From Octopus sinensis (lineage: Eukaryota): a DNA stretch of 64,000 bases. Positions 28,159 through 43,476 of this stretch are shown piece by piece (the first letter of the stretch is position 1; every line of letters starts with the position of its first letter). Where the stretch lies: the NCBI RefSeq assembly GCF_006345805.1, contig NC_043013.1, positions 11,222,001 through 11,286,000 on the forward strand, given 5' to 3'. The position numbers were made by a program, and so were the translations under genes. The notes beneath the pieces were generated by a model. That model saw only the letters and a list, made by a program, of their open reading frames with translations. It ran no database searches and was not told the DNA's origin.

Positions 28159-28230
<72 letters not shown>

Positions 28231-28721
28231 TATATATATACATACATACATACACACATACACAAACACATATACACACATATATGTATATACATATATG
28301 AAATTGGAAATAACATTATGAAATACTTTTTTCTTGATAATTTCTCAGTTATATGTAATGGGCCCGTCAATAATAGTATCAGGAAACTGTTCAGAAAAAG
28401 AAAGCTTTACGGTATATAGAATATGTCTATAGAAGTCTGAGCTGAAAATCTGCTGAAACGAATGTCTTGCAAGGTCGATATTGTAAGTGGGAGACAAGTA
28501 CAGTGATCAATTAATCGATCTCACACCCACAAAAGTGGTTGGTTTTAGGTGCTATATGTCCTTCTCACACGCAATCGTGTAAACACTTTCCCGCCTATCT
28601 ATTTATCTGTCTTTGTGTCTTCTTTGTGCGTTTGCGTGTGTGTATGTATTAAAATACGCGCTGCCCCGCCCCGCCCCGCCTCCTCATACCTCTTAACCCA
28701 ACACATCCCGCATAAATATGA

Positions 28722-28760
<39 letters not shown>

Positions 28761-30034
28761 AAGCTTAACGTATTGAATGTTTGTTTGTTAGATGTCAAAG
28801 AAGTTTCCGACGTTTCGTACAAAGTACTTCTGACGCAAACCTGAACAATTACTTTAACTTAATATGCGATTGCTTCGATGCTGTCGAGATTGATAGAAAA
28901 TAGAAGTGGTGTTTGTAGATAAGCTTGCAATAGGCAGTATTCGGAGAAAACCTGTTGAATGACAGAAAAAAAACCACGAAGTGAATTTTAGAGAAAACAA
29001 AGTTCAGAGCGAATGGGAAAACGGGAGATGAAGAGATTGTTAACGCTGATCTGGTCAGTGATTGCAATAAGAAGCTCGACACTTGCTGCTTCCATAAACA
29101 TCATATAATTTCACAAAAACACAAATATATATCGAAACATATGTATCCATACAAACAATGGAAGCTGTGCTAACAAGATCCATGTTTTCATTATATAAGT
29201 TACAATTGAATAAATAATGTTATTAGAGAGACAATCTACATAGCAGACAGAGTGACACGACATTCATCGGTCCTAAATACAATCACAAAGAATACTAAAT
29301 TCAAAATGCACCTCGCTCCCCAAATTATAAACTGTTACCTAGAGTAATAATATATGTATAAATAGGCAGAAACGGTCACACACATAGGTGCGCATACACA
29401 CACATACACTTAAACACATCCACACTCATGTTCACAAGCATGCCTGCACACACACAGATTTTCAAGATGACAATATGGTTTGATATTTCGAGGGCCCACG
29501 ACTGCCAAGTAAGGCATGAAGAAAAGTTTTGAATGATCAGAAATCTCACCAACAAATGACATATTTCTTGAATATTTTTACTGATGATATAAAAAGAAGG
29601 CTACCAATTGTAACTAAAAGAAGAGCTATCAGGTTATGTAAAATCTTATGTTGATTTTCAATTCGTAATGGCGACTAAATTATTGACATAAATATGAATA
29701 AATATTGAAGACCCCTCAGTGAGTCTTAGTAAATTTCACAAAAATTCGTTCTTATATTCTGAACAGAATCTCTTTTTCATAATTATGAATTGGTGTGGTG
29801 TTACGCAACAACAAAATGCAGTAATGAGATGTTCTCTTATTCTTTAAATATCAAATGCTATTATTAATTCAACAGCTGCAATAATTTAGGTGTTATGTTC
29901 CCGGTAGAACAAACAGAATAGAACTTAGCGAGAATTTAGTATGATCTTGTGAATTGAACACACGTCACGCGAATTTTGTTTATCCACGTTTATTTATAAA
30001 TTACATCATAAACACAATAAACATCTATATATAT

Positions 30035-30068
<34 letters not shown>

Positions 30069-30406
30069 ATATATATATATACATATATATCTATATATTT
30101 ATACATACATACCCATACGTGTATGTGTGTATGTATATCTATATATACACACACATATATATATACATATATACATACATATGTATATATGTATATATAT
30201 GGAAACCCACACGCACTCAAACACACACACACACACACCACACACACATACAAATTCGTGTGTAAGGGTTGAACCCAAAAGAGAAAAGTTATAAATACAT
30301 ATATCTATTAATGTTCCAAATGCTTTCCTAAATCAGAAATAGCGAACTCAATACACTGTTGAAGAGCATAGATATAAAGCATAAAGTTATACAAATATAT
30401 ACATAC

Positions 30407-30439
<33 letters not shown>

Positions 30440-31575
30440 TATATATATATATATATATATATAAAGCATATACAAGCAGTTATTTATAAGTGTGACTGTA
30501 TATACATGTGTATGTATGCATAATATATTTATGTATATCTAAATATGCGTGTACGTATATATATATATATAATATATATATATACATATATATATATATT
30601 ATATATATATATATATGTATATGCATATATGTATATATGTATTATATATACATATATATGTGTATGTATATATTATTGATACGCTACACTGCGACGTTCG
30701 ATATACGGTACAGTGCAATACCATTATGCAAAACTGACATACATATGAGCATAAATCTATGTGTGTGTGTGTCTGTCTGCCTGTGTGTACGTATGCAATA
30801 CACACACTTACACACTCATATATATGTATATATATATATTATATATATATATATATATATATGTGTGTATACATACTCACGTATGTATACATAATTCTAT
30901 CAAAACATTCTCCAAGACCAAACAGGCATGTAAATAGATTCTAAAGAAGGATGAAGAATTTTCTCTAAAACAAAAAAGGAAAAAAAAAAAATTCGAATGC
31001 AAATGTTAAAAGCACAATAAAAATAACAGCTAAAACTGAGCATAAACAAAAATGAGGGGAAAAACCCGAAAAACAAAACAACAAAAGTTTGTAACAAAGA
31101 CAGTAACACCACCGTCACCAACACCAGTATCAACACCACCAACAACAACAACACCTCAACGTAAGATGCATCAACCAGAAACAAAGAAACAAAATATATT
31201 TTCAAAAAAAAAAAAAATATAGATAAAAATAAATTAAAAATAAAACATTTAATAAATAAATGAATAAAAAATGGATGATTATGGTAATCGATAAAAATCC
31301 AAGGGAGATAATACTGCACATCAAAGCGATTTATCGATAATTACAAAAATTTTTGAAATATGAGGCTTTATGAATTGACTGATAGATAAACTTAGAGTTA
31401 GCTAATTATATTTGCTTCGAATAACTGCAGGGGTATAACCATGGAAATATATACACACACATATATATACATAAATGCATACATAAATATATATGGATAT
31501 ATACATCTATGTATATGTATACATTCTTACATACATACATATATATATGTATATATATACATACATACATATATA

Positions 31576-31620
<45 letters not shown>

Positions 31621-32194
31621 ATGCAAATGTATGCTGAACAGGGTTTGTGTGAAGGGTGTGTATGTGTGTATGTGTTTTCACTTTGTTTTATTTTAATGAC
31701 CCATAAGCATATTCACACCTGACATGTATAAATATGCATGTGTGTGTATTTATATACGTGTAGGTGTGTGCATGTGTATGCATGTGTATACACATCCAGC
31801 CTAGCATACATATATACATATCTATTTGTGTCTGTGTATAATATATATATATATACACATGTATTTTTGTTTACAGAAGACATATATACATGCTAAGTTG
31901 TATGCAAAAACGTATATATATATATAATATATATATATATATTATATATATATATATATATGTATATATGTGCATGTTTATGTATATATACATCAGAACA
32001 ATTTACATACGCACAAATGCTTTGGCTTTTTTACCCTCCCTTTCATTTTTGTCAAAATAAAAACAAACAGAAAACAACCCTCTTAAAAATTACGTTAAAA
32101 ACAAAAAACAAAAACAAACAAACAAAGAAACAAAAATATACAGAACAAACAACTGCAACACAACAAACATTGAATGAATAACCAAGCAGAGCAG

Positions 32195-32312
32195 TTGGTC
32201 TCATCATCATCATTATGATAATCAACTTTCCCATCACCAGCATGGTGATGTTGATCATCATCATCAACGTCTTCACCATCATCATCATCATCACCACCAC
32301 CACCACCATCAC

Positions 32313-32352
<40 letters not shown>

Positions 32353-32629
32353 TTCATCACCATCATCATCATTATCATCATCATTATCATCACCACAACC
32401 ACCACCACAATCATCATCATTATTGTCATCATCATCATCATCATCATCATTGTCGCCGTCGTAATCATCATCATCATCGTCATCATCATCTTCATCATCA
32501 TCATCATCATCATCATCACCACAACCACCACCACCATCATCATCATTATTGTCATCCTCCTCCTCATCATCATCATTGTCGTCGTCGTCATCATCATCAT
32601 CATCATCGTCATCACCATCATCGTCGTCG

Positions 32630-32670
<41 letters not shown>

Positions 32671-32880
32671 TTCATCACCACCGCCAACACCATCATCATC
32701 ATCATTGTCGTCGTCGTCGTCACACTCATCATCATCATCATCATCATCGTCATCATCATCATCATCATCTCATTGATCACTGTCATGCTTGCAATCACGA
32801 TCGTCATCATCATCAGCATCACGGACAGCAACGCAGAGCTTGCAAGTGTAGCACTGTGAACAACAACCACAACAACAACA
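32195..32880. repeat. Long compound (ATC)n/(ACC)n/(GTC)n trinucleotide array
   Basis: Directly visible. It produces the poly-M, poly-I and poly-S pseudo-ORFs. Confidence 0.95.
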
Positions 32881-32969
32881 ATATTTTGTGCAACACGAAA
32901 GTGTCTTCTGATCATTTTACAGTCAGATAGTCGGTTGCGCCTATTAGCATTTTCCAAAAATGATTTCTT

Positions 32970-33027
<58 letters not shown>

Positions 33028-33203
33028 AGGCACACAAACAAACAAACAAACACATACACACACATACGCACACACAAACCCACAGAAGCACAAACGGACA
33101 CGACTTGCGCACATACACTCACTCAACGATATATCAACACATGCACGAAAACAGCCATACACATTAATGCGTACACATTAATGCGCTTACATACGCAAAC
33201 TGT

Positions 33204-33240
<37 letters not shown>

Positions 33241-33526
33241 GCACGAATATATACATATATGTATGTAAACACCCATATACATACATATACAGATTCTCAA
33301 ACATGCAAAGGCTGGCAGCAACGCATGAACACCACAGCTTGACATGGTAATATATACTGCTAATAATAATGCCTGTATACAAACCGTCTTTGAAAACGAC
33401 TGAAGTATGCATCTATATAGAAACATATACACGCTAAGAGATTTGCGTATAATATATGTATGTCTAGATGTATGTATAATAAATATATATACATGCATAT
33501 ATATATGTATGTGTATATATATTGTT

Positions 33527-33560
<34 letters not shown>

Positions 33561-33754
33561 ATATATACACACTCTCACATAGATGTACGCATACAGACAC
33601 AACCAGGCATAAGCAGGAATATGAAAAGAAGCATGCCCATACACCCGCATACGTTTATGCCTATTCATACATAAACATGTGTGTATGTGTGCTTATATGC
33701 ATGTGCATATTATACATGTATATATATATATATATATTTACATATATATATATT

Positions 33755-33786
<32 letters not shown>

Positions 33787-33868
33787 CTTGTTTGTATGTG
33801 TATATATATATATGTATATATATGCATATATATATATAGATGTATGTACATATTTGTATGTGTGCGTG

Positions 33869-33899
<31 letters not shown>

Positions 33900-34994
33900 A
33901 ATATATATATATGTATATACAAATCCATATATATGCATATATATACTTGCGTATATGCATATGTTTGTATCTGCAGATGCAGAGAGCGAGAGAGAGGAGA
34001 GAGAGAGAGAGAGAGAAAGAGATAGAGAGAGTGAGAGAGAGGGAGATGAGAGGAGAGAAAGAGCGGGAGAGAGAGGAAAGAGAGGGTGATAAAATGAAAT
34101 AAAGAGAGGGGGAGAGTGAATGCAAATGTGCGGGGGAAAGAGGAATTTAGCGGGGGATGAGATATGGAATGGTAGAGGAAGATACAGCAGATATAAGACA
34201 GGTCAACAGGAGAGATCTCATCAGATAAGGTGATGGTGTTGTGTGAACGTCTCATCAAATGACTTTCATATGCTGCTTATATAATTTAGCACACTTTAAT
34301 AGCAAAACTTTGTTTGATCTGCTGTTACGCTACCTCACGCACACAATTGTGTTATATAATAAACACACACGAACGCACACGCACACACATACACACACAT
34401 ATACACTTATATACATATGTACGTGCATGCATATATATATATATATATATACACATATAAATGCATAAACGTATGTATACGTACGTGCACATAAACATTC
34501 ATATATGAATGCTTACATGCATATATAACAATGTATGCATACAAACATGTAAAATATTAGTGAACCAATACCTGGTTGTTTATGCACACCAACTAGAAAT
34601 AGCAGCCAATTCTTCTAGAACATTTACCCAATTGTGTTAGTGAACGCAGGGTATAAGTTGTAATTCATTCAGTGATTTACATAACAAAAGGCGTGGTTCT
34701 ATGCAGCAGGAACAAGTTACAGAATAGTCTTGGTTGATTAGCGATAACTCGATTCTAAATTCCGACAATAGCGCGAGCAACCCGTACAGACAGAGAAACA
34801 AGCTTTGGAAAACCTGTGGAAGTAATATTAACAAAATTTGTTTCTACCACAGTCACAAGAGGGTGCTAGTCGATTACAAGAACACCAGTGTTCAACTGGT
34901 ATTCATGTACAAATTCTACCATTTCGGAGTTTCGAATTACATCATGAAGACAAACGTGATGTTGCTCAGCATCATGTCCAGGCGTATTAAAGTT

Positions 34995-35314
34995 TCTATT
35001 TCTTTACTACCCCGAAAGGATGAAAGGCAAAGTCGACCTCGGTGGAATTTGAACTCAGGAAGTAACGGCAGACGAAATACCTATTTCTTTATTACCCACA
35101 AGGGGCTAAACACAGAGGGGACAAACAAGGACAGATATAGGTATTAAGTCGATTACATCGACCCCAGTGCGTAACTGGTACTTAATTTATCGACCCCGAA
35201 AGGATGAAAGGCAAAGTCGACCTCGGTGGAATTTGAACTCAGAAAGTAACGGCAGACGAAATACCGCTAAACATTTCACCCGGCGTGCTAACGTTTCTGC
35301 CAGCTCGCCGCCTT
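34995..35314 (-). mobile_element. SINE-B head-to-tail dimer
   Basis: Full unit 35082-35314 plus a headless, internally deleted unit 34995-35081. Junction GACGAAATACC|TATTTCTTT. Confidence 0.85.
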
Positions 35315-35619
35315 AACTAACACTGATGTTACCTCACTTCGAAACGCAGGGTAGATGAAACAGGGACAACTGAAGAAGGGGAATATTCCTTGTGTTGTAT
35401 GTCATATATATATATATATGAGATGAGTGTATTTTTGCCTTGTTAACAATTAACACGGAAAAGTAAATAAATAGATACCAGGGTAGCAAAAAGTCACACA
35501 AGTAAAAAGGTTGTAACTGGTTGTTTTTAAAGGTAGAAACTTTGTTTACGTGGAATTTTTTTGTATAATATATAAATAAATAAATGGAGTTTAACGCAGA
35601 TATAAATCAAATTCTTTTA

Positions 35620-35704
35620 CTTTCGACACATGTTTCGAAGATTTCATTGATATTATTCAAAAGAATAAATGGTATAAAACAATGCAATATTCACTTCAGG
35701 GAAG
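35620..35704 (-). ncRNA. Decayed hammerhead-like motif with extended stem II
   Basis: Minus strand: CUUCC-CUGAAGU-GAAUAUUGCAUUG..(30 nt)..CAAUGAAAUCUUC-GAAAC-AUGU-GUC-GAAAG. Core A9 is mutated to U. Confidence 0.5.
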
Positions 35705-35783
35705 TGAAAAAACCAAACTCGTCAGTAGAACATTTTAGCAAAAAATGATGGATATGTATATTGATTTACTGAACGCTATTAAA

Positions 35784-35854
<71 letters not shown>

Positions 35855-37165
35855 ATATATATATATATGTATGTCACTAATGTAGGATAAAATTTTTTTG
35901 GGGAAAAAAATTTCTTCAATGGCCAGAATATCAAAAAATACCTTTAAAGGTTAAATTTATAAATAATTTACAATATAAGGGCAAAAGAAAAATTCTAATG
36001 CCAAATATACCGAAAAAAATACAAAAATTGTCAATTAACAATTATAATTTATGCGTCTCGAAACAAACCGATATAAATTTCTAAAATATTCGTTATTACC
36101 GCATTGGACCAATTTCGGAGTTAATTCATAAGAATTTCTCCTCTTCAGCGGCAAATACGCGAGATATAAGTGAAATACTTACTCATACCCATGGAAAAAG
36201 CAAACACCAAGTCCTTTTTCTTTTGCATTTATATTGTAATATATATGTATGTATGTATGTATTTAAGTATGTATGTATGTATGTATGTATGTATGTATGT
36301 ATGTATGTATGTAGTATGTATGTATGTATGTATGTATGTATGTATATATATGTATATATATATATATTTGCAGTTATCTCATAAATCCATGCTCTTATTT
36401 GCCTACGAATAATCTACGTATAGCGGAAATAATTTTCAAATTTTATTGCAAGCATGAAATTTGTAAACTTCATGACTCCCAATGTAATACTAGCTACATA
36501 AGCACATTGGACCCTACCGGGTCATCATACACTTACTACTTGTATTACTTGCTATAAACTAGATCACAAAGCACTAAAGCAAAAATAAATATGTATATAT
36601 AAGCAAATAACATGGTAGCCTACTCGGAAATACGAAAAGTGATAACATGTACTAAACACAAATATAACTGAAGCATTTTACTGATGAAATTTAGATCAAA
36701 TAATAAATATCTGAAATTACGTTAGTTATGCAATCCCAATAAAATTGGCAGCAAGTAGGCACGCTGTGACTACTTCATCAAGAAAATGTGTTGGTTGAAT
36801 TGATAAATTTAATATTCGAATTAAAATGAATTGATTGAGAAACGTGTAAAATGTTAATGGATACAATAAAGCTAAAACATAAACGTCTTTACAACATAAC
36901 ACACGCATACAACCGCACGTAGTCACGCACACACACACATACGTACGTACATATATACATATATATATATATATATATAATATATATATATATATACGGA
37001 GAGTTTACGAAAAAAACGAAAGACGCAGACAGGTGGTGCACAAAACAAACAAATGTATTAGTATAACGTTCAGGAATAGAGAAAGTCTTTTACGTTTCGA
37101 GCCTACGCTCTTCTACACAAATGGACACAAGAAAAACAAGGAGAGAAAAAAATGAGTGTAGTGGC

Positions 37166-37223
<58 letters not shown>

Positions 37224-37274
37224 TATATAATATATATATACATATACATATATATATATATTATATATATTTTA

Positions 37275-37305
<31 letters not shown>

Positions 37306-37846
37306 CATCCTGACAGTCAGCAATGCCTCGGAGAGGCGGAGAATTGCATATTTAATTTAACTTAACTGCAAGGAAATATATAGGAATATATAGTTCAGTG
37401 TTGGATCTACAGATCTTCTCCGGGACGAAGAATTTGTTTTTTCTGGTGAGAAGAGAGACGCCGCTGATTTGGTTGCGTCACACTGCATTTTTCTCTCACG
37501 TTTATGTATGATTTATGTATGATTTATATCTCATGATATAACGTCTGACTCCATTCGTCGCCAAAATTTCCTATTTCCACATATCGTAGCCATACTGTTT
37601 GAATTTTATTGTTAAACACTTCTTTGAAACACTTCCTACATACATGCATCCATGCATGCATTCATGCATACATACATACATACATAAATACATACATACA
37701 TACATACATACATACATACTTAGAAGCATACACATACTAACTAACTCATACGTACATAGACTGGTAGATGGAGTCATAGAGAGATAGACAGACTGCTAGC
37801 TAGCTAGATAGATAGATAGATTGATTGATAGCTAAATAAATAGATG

Positions 37847-37877
<31 letters not shown>

Positions 37878-37878
37878 T

Positions 37879-37984
<106 letters not shown>

Positions 37985-38901
37985 AGTTTATGTCAACAAA
38001 CGATACGAAAAATTTCTCAATACATAATATAGCAATTACATTTATAATAATGATTTACGATGATAATACTCAGAGTTTCGTATCTAGAGTGCCCATTGAA
38101 GCAAGTATGAGTTGACAGAACGACGAAGAAGAAATATATTAGCGTGCACCTTTTTAAGCGGATTGTCTTTGTGAAGACTGATATTAGACGATAGATTGAA
38201 TTGAATGAAATCATGTTATACTCAATATATATTGTGTAGTGAGGTGGGCGAGCTGGTTAGTGTCTCGGGAAAAATGCGTAACGGCATTTCTCCCGAATCT
38301 CGGTTCTGATTTCAATTGTCAGCGGTATCGTCTTTTAGTTTCATCATTTCGGGGTGGATAAAATAATTATCGGTTGAGCACGATAGTAATCGATTTATCT
38401 TGTCCTCCGAAATTGTTGCCCTTGTACCAAAATTTGAAATCTATAAAAATATCGAGTCTTGAAGGAGCGCCCTGATGAGAAGAGACAGATAAAAGCATGT
38501 CATGTCTTTAGGAAGGAAGTGGAAGAAAGAGAGAATAGCCGCTGATGCATGTATATATACATATATATTTAGGTATGTGCATATATATATTTAGGTATGT
38601 ACATATATGTATGTATATATGCATATATTTATATATCATTTATGTTATATATAGATATATAGGCGCAGGAGCAGCTGTGTAGTAAGAGGTTTGCGTGTGG
38701 ATGAGGGCTGGTGGCCTTGACGTGGTGGTTAGATGAAGAGAGGAGGAGAGTTGAGCCCATGTGGCGTAAAGGACCGAAGAGAGAAGATTCATCCCTATTC
38801 ACAGCGGGAACGGGAATCCGGATGGCCCCTGTTCAAGGACAATCCAAACATAGATAGGTGTTGCAAAGAGTGACCGGTTATATGTATACATATATACATA
38901 C

Positions 38902-38932
<31 letters not shown>

Positions 38933-38940
38933 ATATATAT

Positions 38941-40662
38941 ACTAGCAGTATCGCCCGGCGTTGCTCGGGTTTGTTTCGACCCGCTTGGAATTGTAATTTT
39001 GAAAAGTAAAAATTTGTGAACATTTTTCTGGTCGAAATACACCGAAAAGTGGCGACACAGCAGTGAAAAAATCCTAAAAAATAGGGATTTTCATAGAAAA
39101 AAGCATCTTTTTGATGTAAATAATTTTTGGTGTTAACATGGTCCGATTTGAATTTTATGTTCTACGGTAGGAAGAGCAACCCTTCTTCTACCATACTCTC
39201 AATTTTGGTCAACTTGCGCCGCAGGGTCTCGGAGGAGATAGTGTTAGTTGAAGGTTACCATTCTAGGTGCCTGAGTAACAACCTCGCGGATTTACAGATA
39301 AATGAATTAATTACTATTTTACAGAATAAAATTAAATAATTCTTGAAAATTAATTAATATTAATATTTTTTGAACAAAGTAAATAATTTTTAAAACTTAA
39401 ATAATAATTTTTTTTACACAAACGCGAACGGGGAAAAGGGGGTGGCGAATTCGATTTACATACCTAAATTTTTTCTTTTTCATGACATTGTAGCAAAATA
39501 GTAGTGAATTATATAAATACCAGCAGTACATTTTTTTTCTGGGGTATTTTTTTCAACCTCGTCACATATTTGCCCCTTTCAATTTAAACAAAGTCTTAAT
39601 TAAGCAATTACGGCAGCTTAGCAATGGTTTCAATACAGCGTGACATGTGTATCTCAATTGTTCAAAACCCTTCGAATTTTTTCGCACGTGATGATATCAT
39701 AGTGAAAACTTTCAATTACGCGCGCTTAGAAGTACGCTCGCAAATTAATACTACCGAAATTTTGAAGTTCGCGCTCCGCTTGGTGTGTGTGTGTGTGCGT
39801 GCTTTAGGTACGTACGTAGGTATGTGTTTTTGTGTGTGTGTGTGTCACTGAAGCCATACATACATATATACATACATAACCTCTCTCTCTCTTTTCTCTC
39901 TCAGTCACTCACTACAAAAAGTGAATAAAAAAGTTCAGTTATTTTTGTCTTTCACTCTGTCTGTCTCTTTACACACACTAACAAAAGCACTTCACTTACA
40001 CACCACACTTTCTGTGTCGCACAACCCATCAAACACACACACACACACACTCACGCACGCACACATGTACATCAATGCTTTCGGAGTGAAATGTTAAAAT
40101 ATTGAGTTTTCTCGAATTTTGTCTTAATTGGGGGTGAAATTGAAAGAAATATATTATGGCATGACCGAATGGAGTACTTTGAAAAATCTTAGGTAAACTC
40201 TAATTGATGAAATTGTGTGAGGAGTAAATCGTTATGTATTTATTTGTTTCTGTTTCCTGTGTTTTTTATTTTTTGAGTAGTGGTTTAACTACTTTCAGTT
40301 TAGTCTTCCTCAAATCACTCTGTCGCTATTTACTTTCATTTTATTCGTTGCACACTGTGTGTGCGTGTGCGTGTGGTGTAAACCACGTTAAGAAAAGCAT
40401 TTGACATACACTCCAGAATGTGAGTTTTCTGTAAATTTTGCTTAATTGGAGTTTAAAATTTAAAAACTGGACCTGGCATGACCCGATGCATTCTACTCTT
40501 AAAAATGCTAGGTAAATTGTAATTGAAGAAATCCTATATTGTAGATTTCTATAAGTTACAAAGGGAAGCAGATAAAATCTGCCTTTTATAATAAGATATA
40601 TATATATAGAGAGAGATAGATAGATAGATAGATAGAGATAGATAGATAGATAGATAGATAAG

Positions 40663-40744
<82 letters not shown>

Positions 40745-41330
40745 GATGAATATATGTATATGTATTTATGTATATGTATATGTATATATATACGAGCAAA
40801 ACGCCCCCGTCCAATGGACGTTGCTGAGTTGTCAAACATTTAAACCAAATGTTCTCAAAACAACTTGTCCGACCGTCCCATAGGCCTCCCCTTTGAGAAA
40901 CACTGATTTGACCTAAATTTGAGACACCAGCAAAAGAAGAAATAAAGAAAGTTAAGGCAAAGAAAAAACTTCTTGAGAAACCAAATAGTCTTTCCTTCCT
41001 TCATGCCAAGTTTAAAGAAAATATCTCTTTTGCACCTTACATTTCAATATACTGCATTCTGTGGCATCATTTCAAGCCAGTTGGCTTTTTTGTGCAAACT
41101 GCACGCGTAGTATCGATCGCAACAGCTGATGTACTTGCGCCTACAAATGCACGTTCTCACGGCTTTATCAATCGCATTCTCACCTGGAATCGATTTTTGT
41201 AATTTTTTCAAGACTTATACACACCCTGATACCGTCGGTATCTACATATCAAATTTGAGTGCAATTGGATGGAGGATGCCCGAGATCCTAGACGACACAC
41301 ACACACAGAACGGATTTTATATAACAGATA
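38941..41330 (+). mobile_element. Putative non-autonomous Helentron/Helitron-like (DINE-1/Lep1-type) element
   Basis: 5' ACTAGCAGTATCGCCCGGCGTTGCTCGGG hairpin start, internal diverged repeats (~40100-40220 and ~40400-40540) and microsatellites, and 3' end CACACACAGAACGGATTTTATATAACAGAT. The two ends may belong to separate elements. Confidence 0.5.
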
Positions 41331-41826
41331 ATGACTAATGATCATATACTTTTCAAAATAATAATTCTTGAGATTATATTGTAATTTTACAGGACAAAAA
41401 CATATTTCTACTGTCCATGTTTTATACACCATAGCGTATGCAGAATCTCCATTAGGATATATTATCTAAATCTCACACTGAAAATCTTGAGAGAATAAGT
41501 TTTGTGGTCTGATGATTGTCACCAATAGACTTGAAGTAAGCTTAAAGGAATACCTGAGCATTTGGTCGCTTTATGTTCTGAGTTCAAATTCCACCGAGGT
41601 TGGCTTTGACTTTCAGTCTTTTGGGGCCGAGAAAATAAGTACCATTCGAACAGTGGGGTCGATGTAAACGACTGACTCCTTCCACGAATTTGCTGAACTT
41701 TGAAACCAATATTAATTTGTTCATGCACACATTACTCTATGTACTATAATTTTATTGAGTCACACATGCGCACACACGCACACGCACACTCATACGAATG
41801 CTCCCAATAAGCACACACTCACTCAT

Positions 41827-42206
41827 GGAAGCACTCCGTCGGATACGACGACGAGGGTTCCGGTTGATCCGATCAACGGAACAGCCTGCTCGTGAAATTA
41901 ACGTGTAAGTGGCAGAGCACTCCACAGACACGTGTACCCCTAACGTAGTTCTCGGGGATATTCAGCGTGACACAGAGAGTGACAAGGCCGGCCCTTTGAA
42001 ATACAGGTACAACAGAAACAGGAAGTAAGAGTGAGAGAAAGTTGTGGTGAAAGAGTACAGCAGGGATCACCACCATCCCTGCCGGAGCATCGTGGAGCTT
42101 TAGTTGTTTTCGCTCAATAAACACTCACAACGCCCGGTCTGGGAATCGAAACCGAGATCCTACGACCGCGAGTCCGCTTCCCTAACCACTGGGCCATTGC
42201 GCCTCC
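41827..42206 (-). mobile_element. SINE family C, full length, 14-bp TSD
   Basis: TSD ACACACTCACTCAT at 41813-41826 and 42207-42220. Confidence 0.92.
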
Positions 42207-42441
42207 ACACACTCACTCATATATATCTTCCGACATATGTGCCGTCAGACAGAAGTAACCAAAGAGTTGAGCCTAAACCAATTCACTGGCCTTGCTTATA
42301 CTTTCAGTGTACATATTTACTGATCTGGCTTATCTCTGCTAACCGATAATGACCTGCCTAGACGTATTAAGGATAGATATGAAAATATTCGTTCCAGACC
42401 TCTTAGTACACGGTGAAAGCAAAGATTTATTTATTAGTAGG

Positions 42442-42856
42442 CGTAGAAGTGACTGTGTGGTAAGTAGATTGCTTACGAACCACATGGTTCCGGTTTCAAT
42501 CCTACTACGTGGCACCTAGAGCAAGTGTCTTCCATTATATCCTCGGGCCGATCAAAGACTTGTGAGTGGATTTGATAGAGGGAAACTGAAAGAAGCCCGT
42601 CGTATATATGTATATATGTATGTATATGTGTGTATATGTTTGTGAGTCTGTGTTCTCCCCCCCCAACATCGCATGACAACCGATGTTGGTGTGTTTACGT
42701 CCGCGTAACTTAGTGAGTGATTCGGCAAAAGAGACCGATAGAATAAGTACTAGACTTACAAAGAATAAGTCCTGGGATCGATTCGCTCGACAAAAGGCGG
42801 TGCTCCAGCATGGCCACAGTCAAATGACTGAAACAAGTAAAAGTGTAAAAGTGTAA
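42442..42856 (+). mobile_element. SINE family A, full length
   Basis: Collinear with 390-845. Tail CAGTCAAATGACTGAAACAAGTAAAAGTGTAAAAG. Confidence 0.9.
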
Positions 42857-43089
42857 AGTAGGCCAAAAGAAACACTCGTAAACAAACAATTTGTTCTCTG
42901 AAAGTATAAACAAATCGAGGGGCGGCTTAGGCTCAAAGGCCCGGTCACTTCTGACTGACGACATGCAATATGTTGAAACAACGTTGCTCCAGAATTCTGT
43001 GGGCTAATGAGCCCTGATTTTTTTTTATTTGGATGATATTTACCTACATACACACACTAACGCGCTCACGTATATTAATATTTTGGGTT

Positions 43090-43476
43090 GGAGGCGCAAT
43101 GGCCCAGTGGTTAGGGCAGCGGACTCGCGGTCGTAGGATCGCGGTTTCGATTCCCAGACCGGGCGTTGTGAGTGTTTATTGAGCGAAAACACCTAAAGCT
43201 CCACGAGGCTCCGGCAGGGATGGTGGTGTTCCCTGCTGTACTCTTTCACCACAACTTTCTCTCACTCTTACTTCCTGTTTCTGTTGTACCTGTATTTCAA
43301 AGGGCCGGCCTTGTCACTCTCTGTGTCAACGCTGAATATCCCCGAGAACTACGTTAAGGGTGCATGTGTCTGTGGAGTGCTCAGCCACTTACACGTTAAT
43401 TTCACGAGCAGGCTGTTCCGTTGATCGGATCAACCGGAACCCTCGTCGTCGTAACCGACGGAGTGCTTCCCCCACC
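43090..43476 (+). mobile_element. SINE family C, full length, 12-bp TSD
   Basis: TSD TAATATTTTGGG at 43076-43087 and 43477-43488. Confidence 0.92.

Noticed and set aside
32052-33122. 356-aa poly-Met/Val ORF and overlapping poly-Ile and poly-Ser ORFs
   Set aside because: Read-through of an (ATC)n/(CA)n microsatellite with no domain content.
34560-34985. Complex, coding-looking sequence (ORF 34734-35147)
   Set aside because: All six frames were examined with no recognisable motif, and the ORF runs into a SINE.
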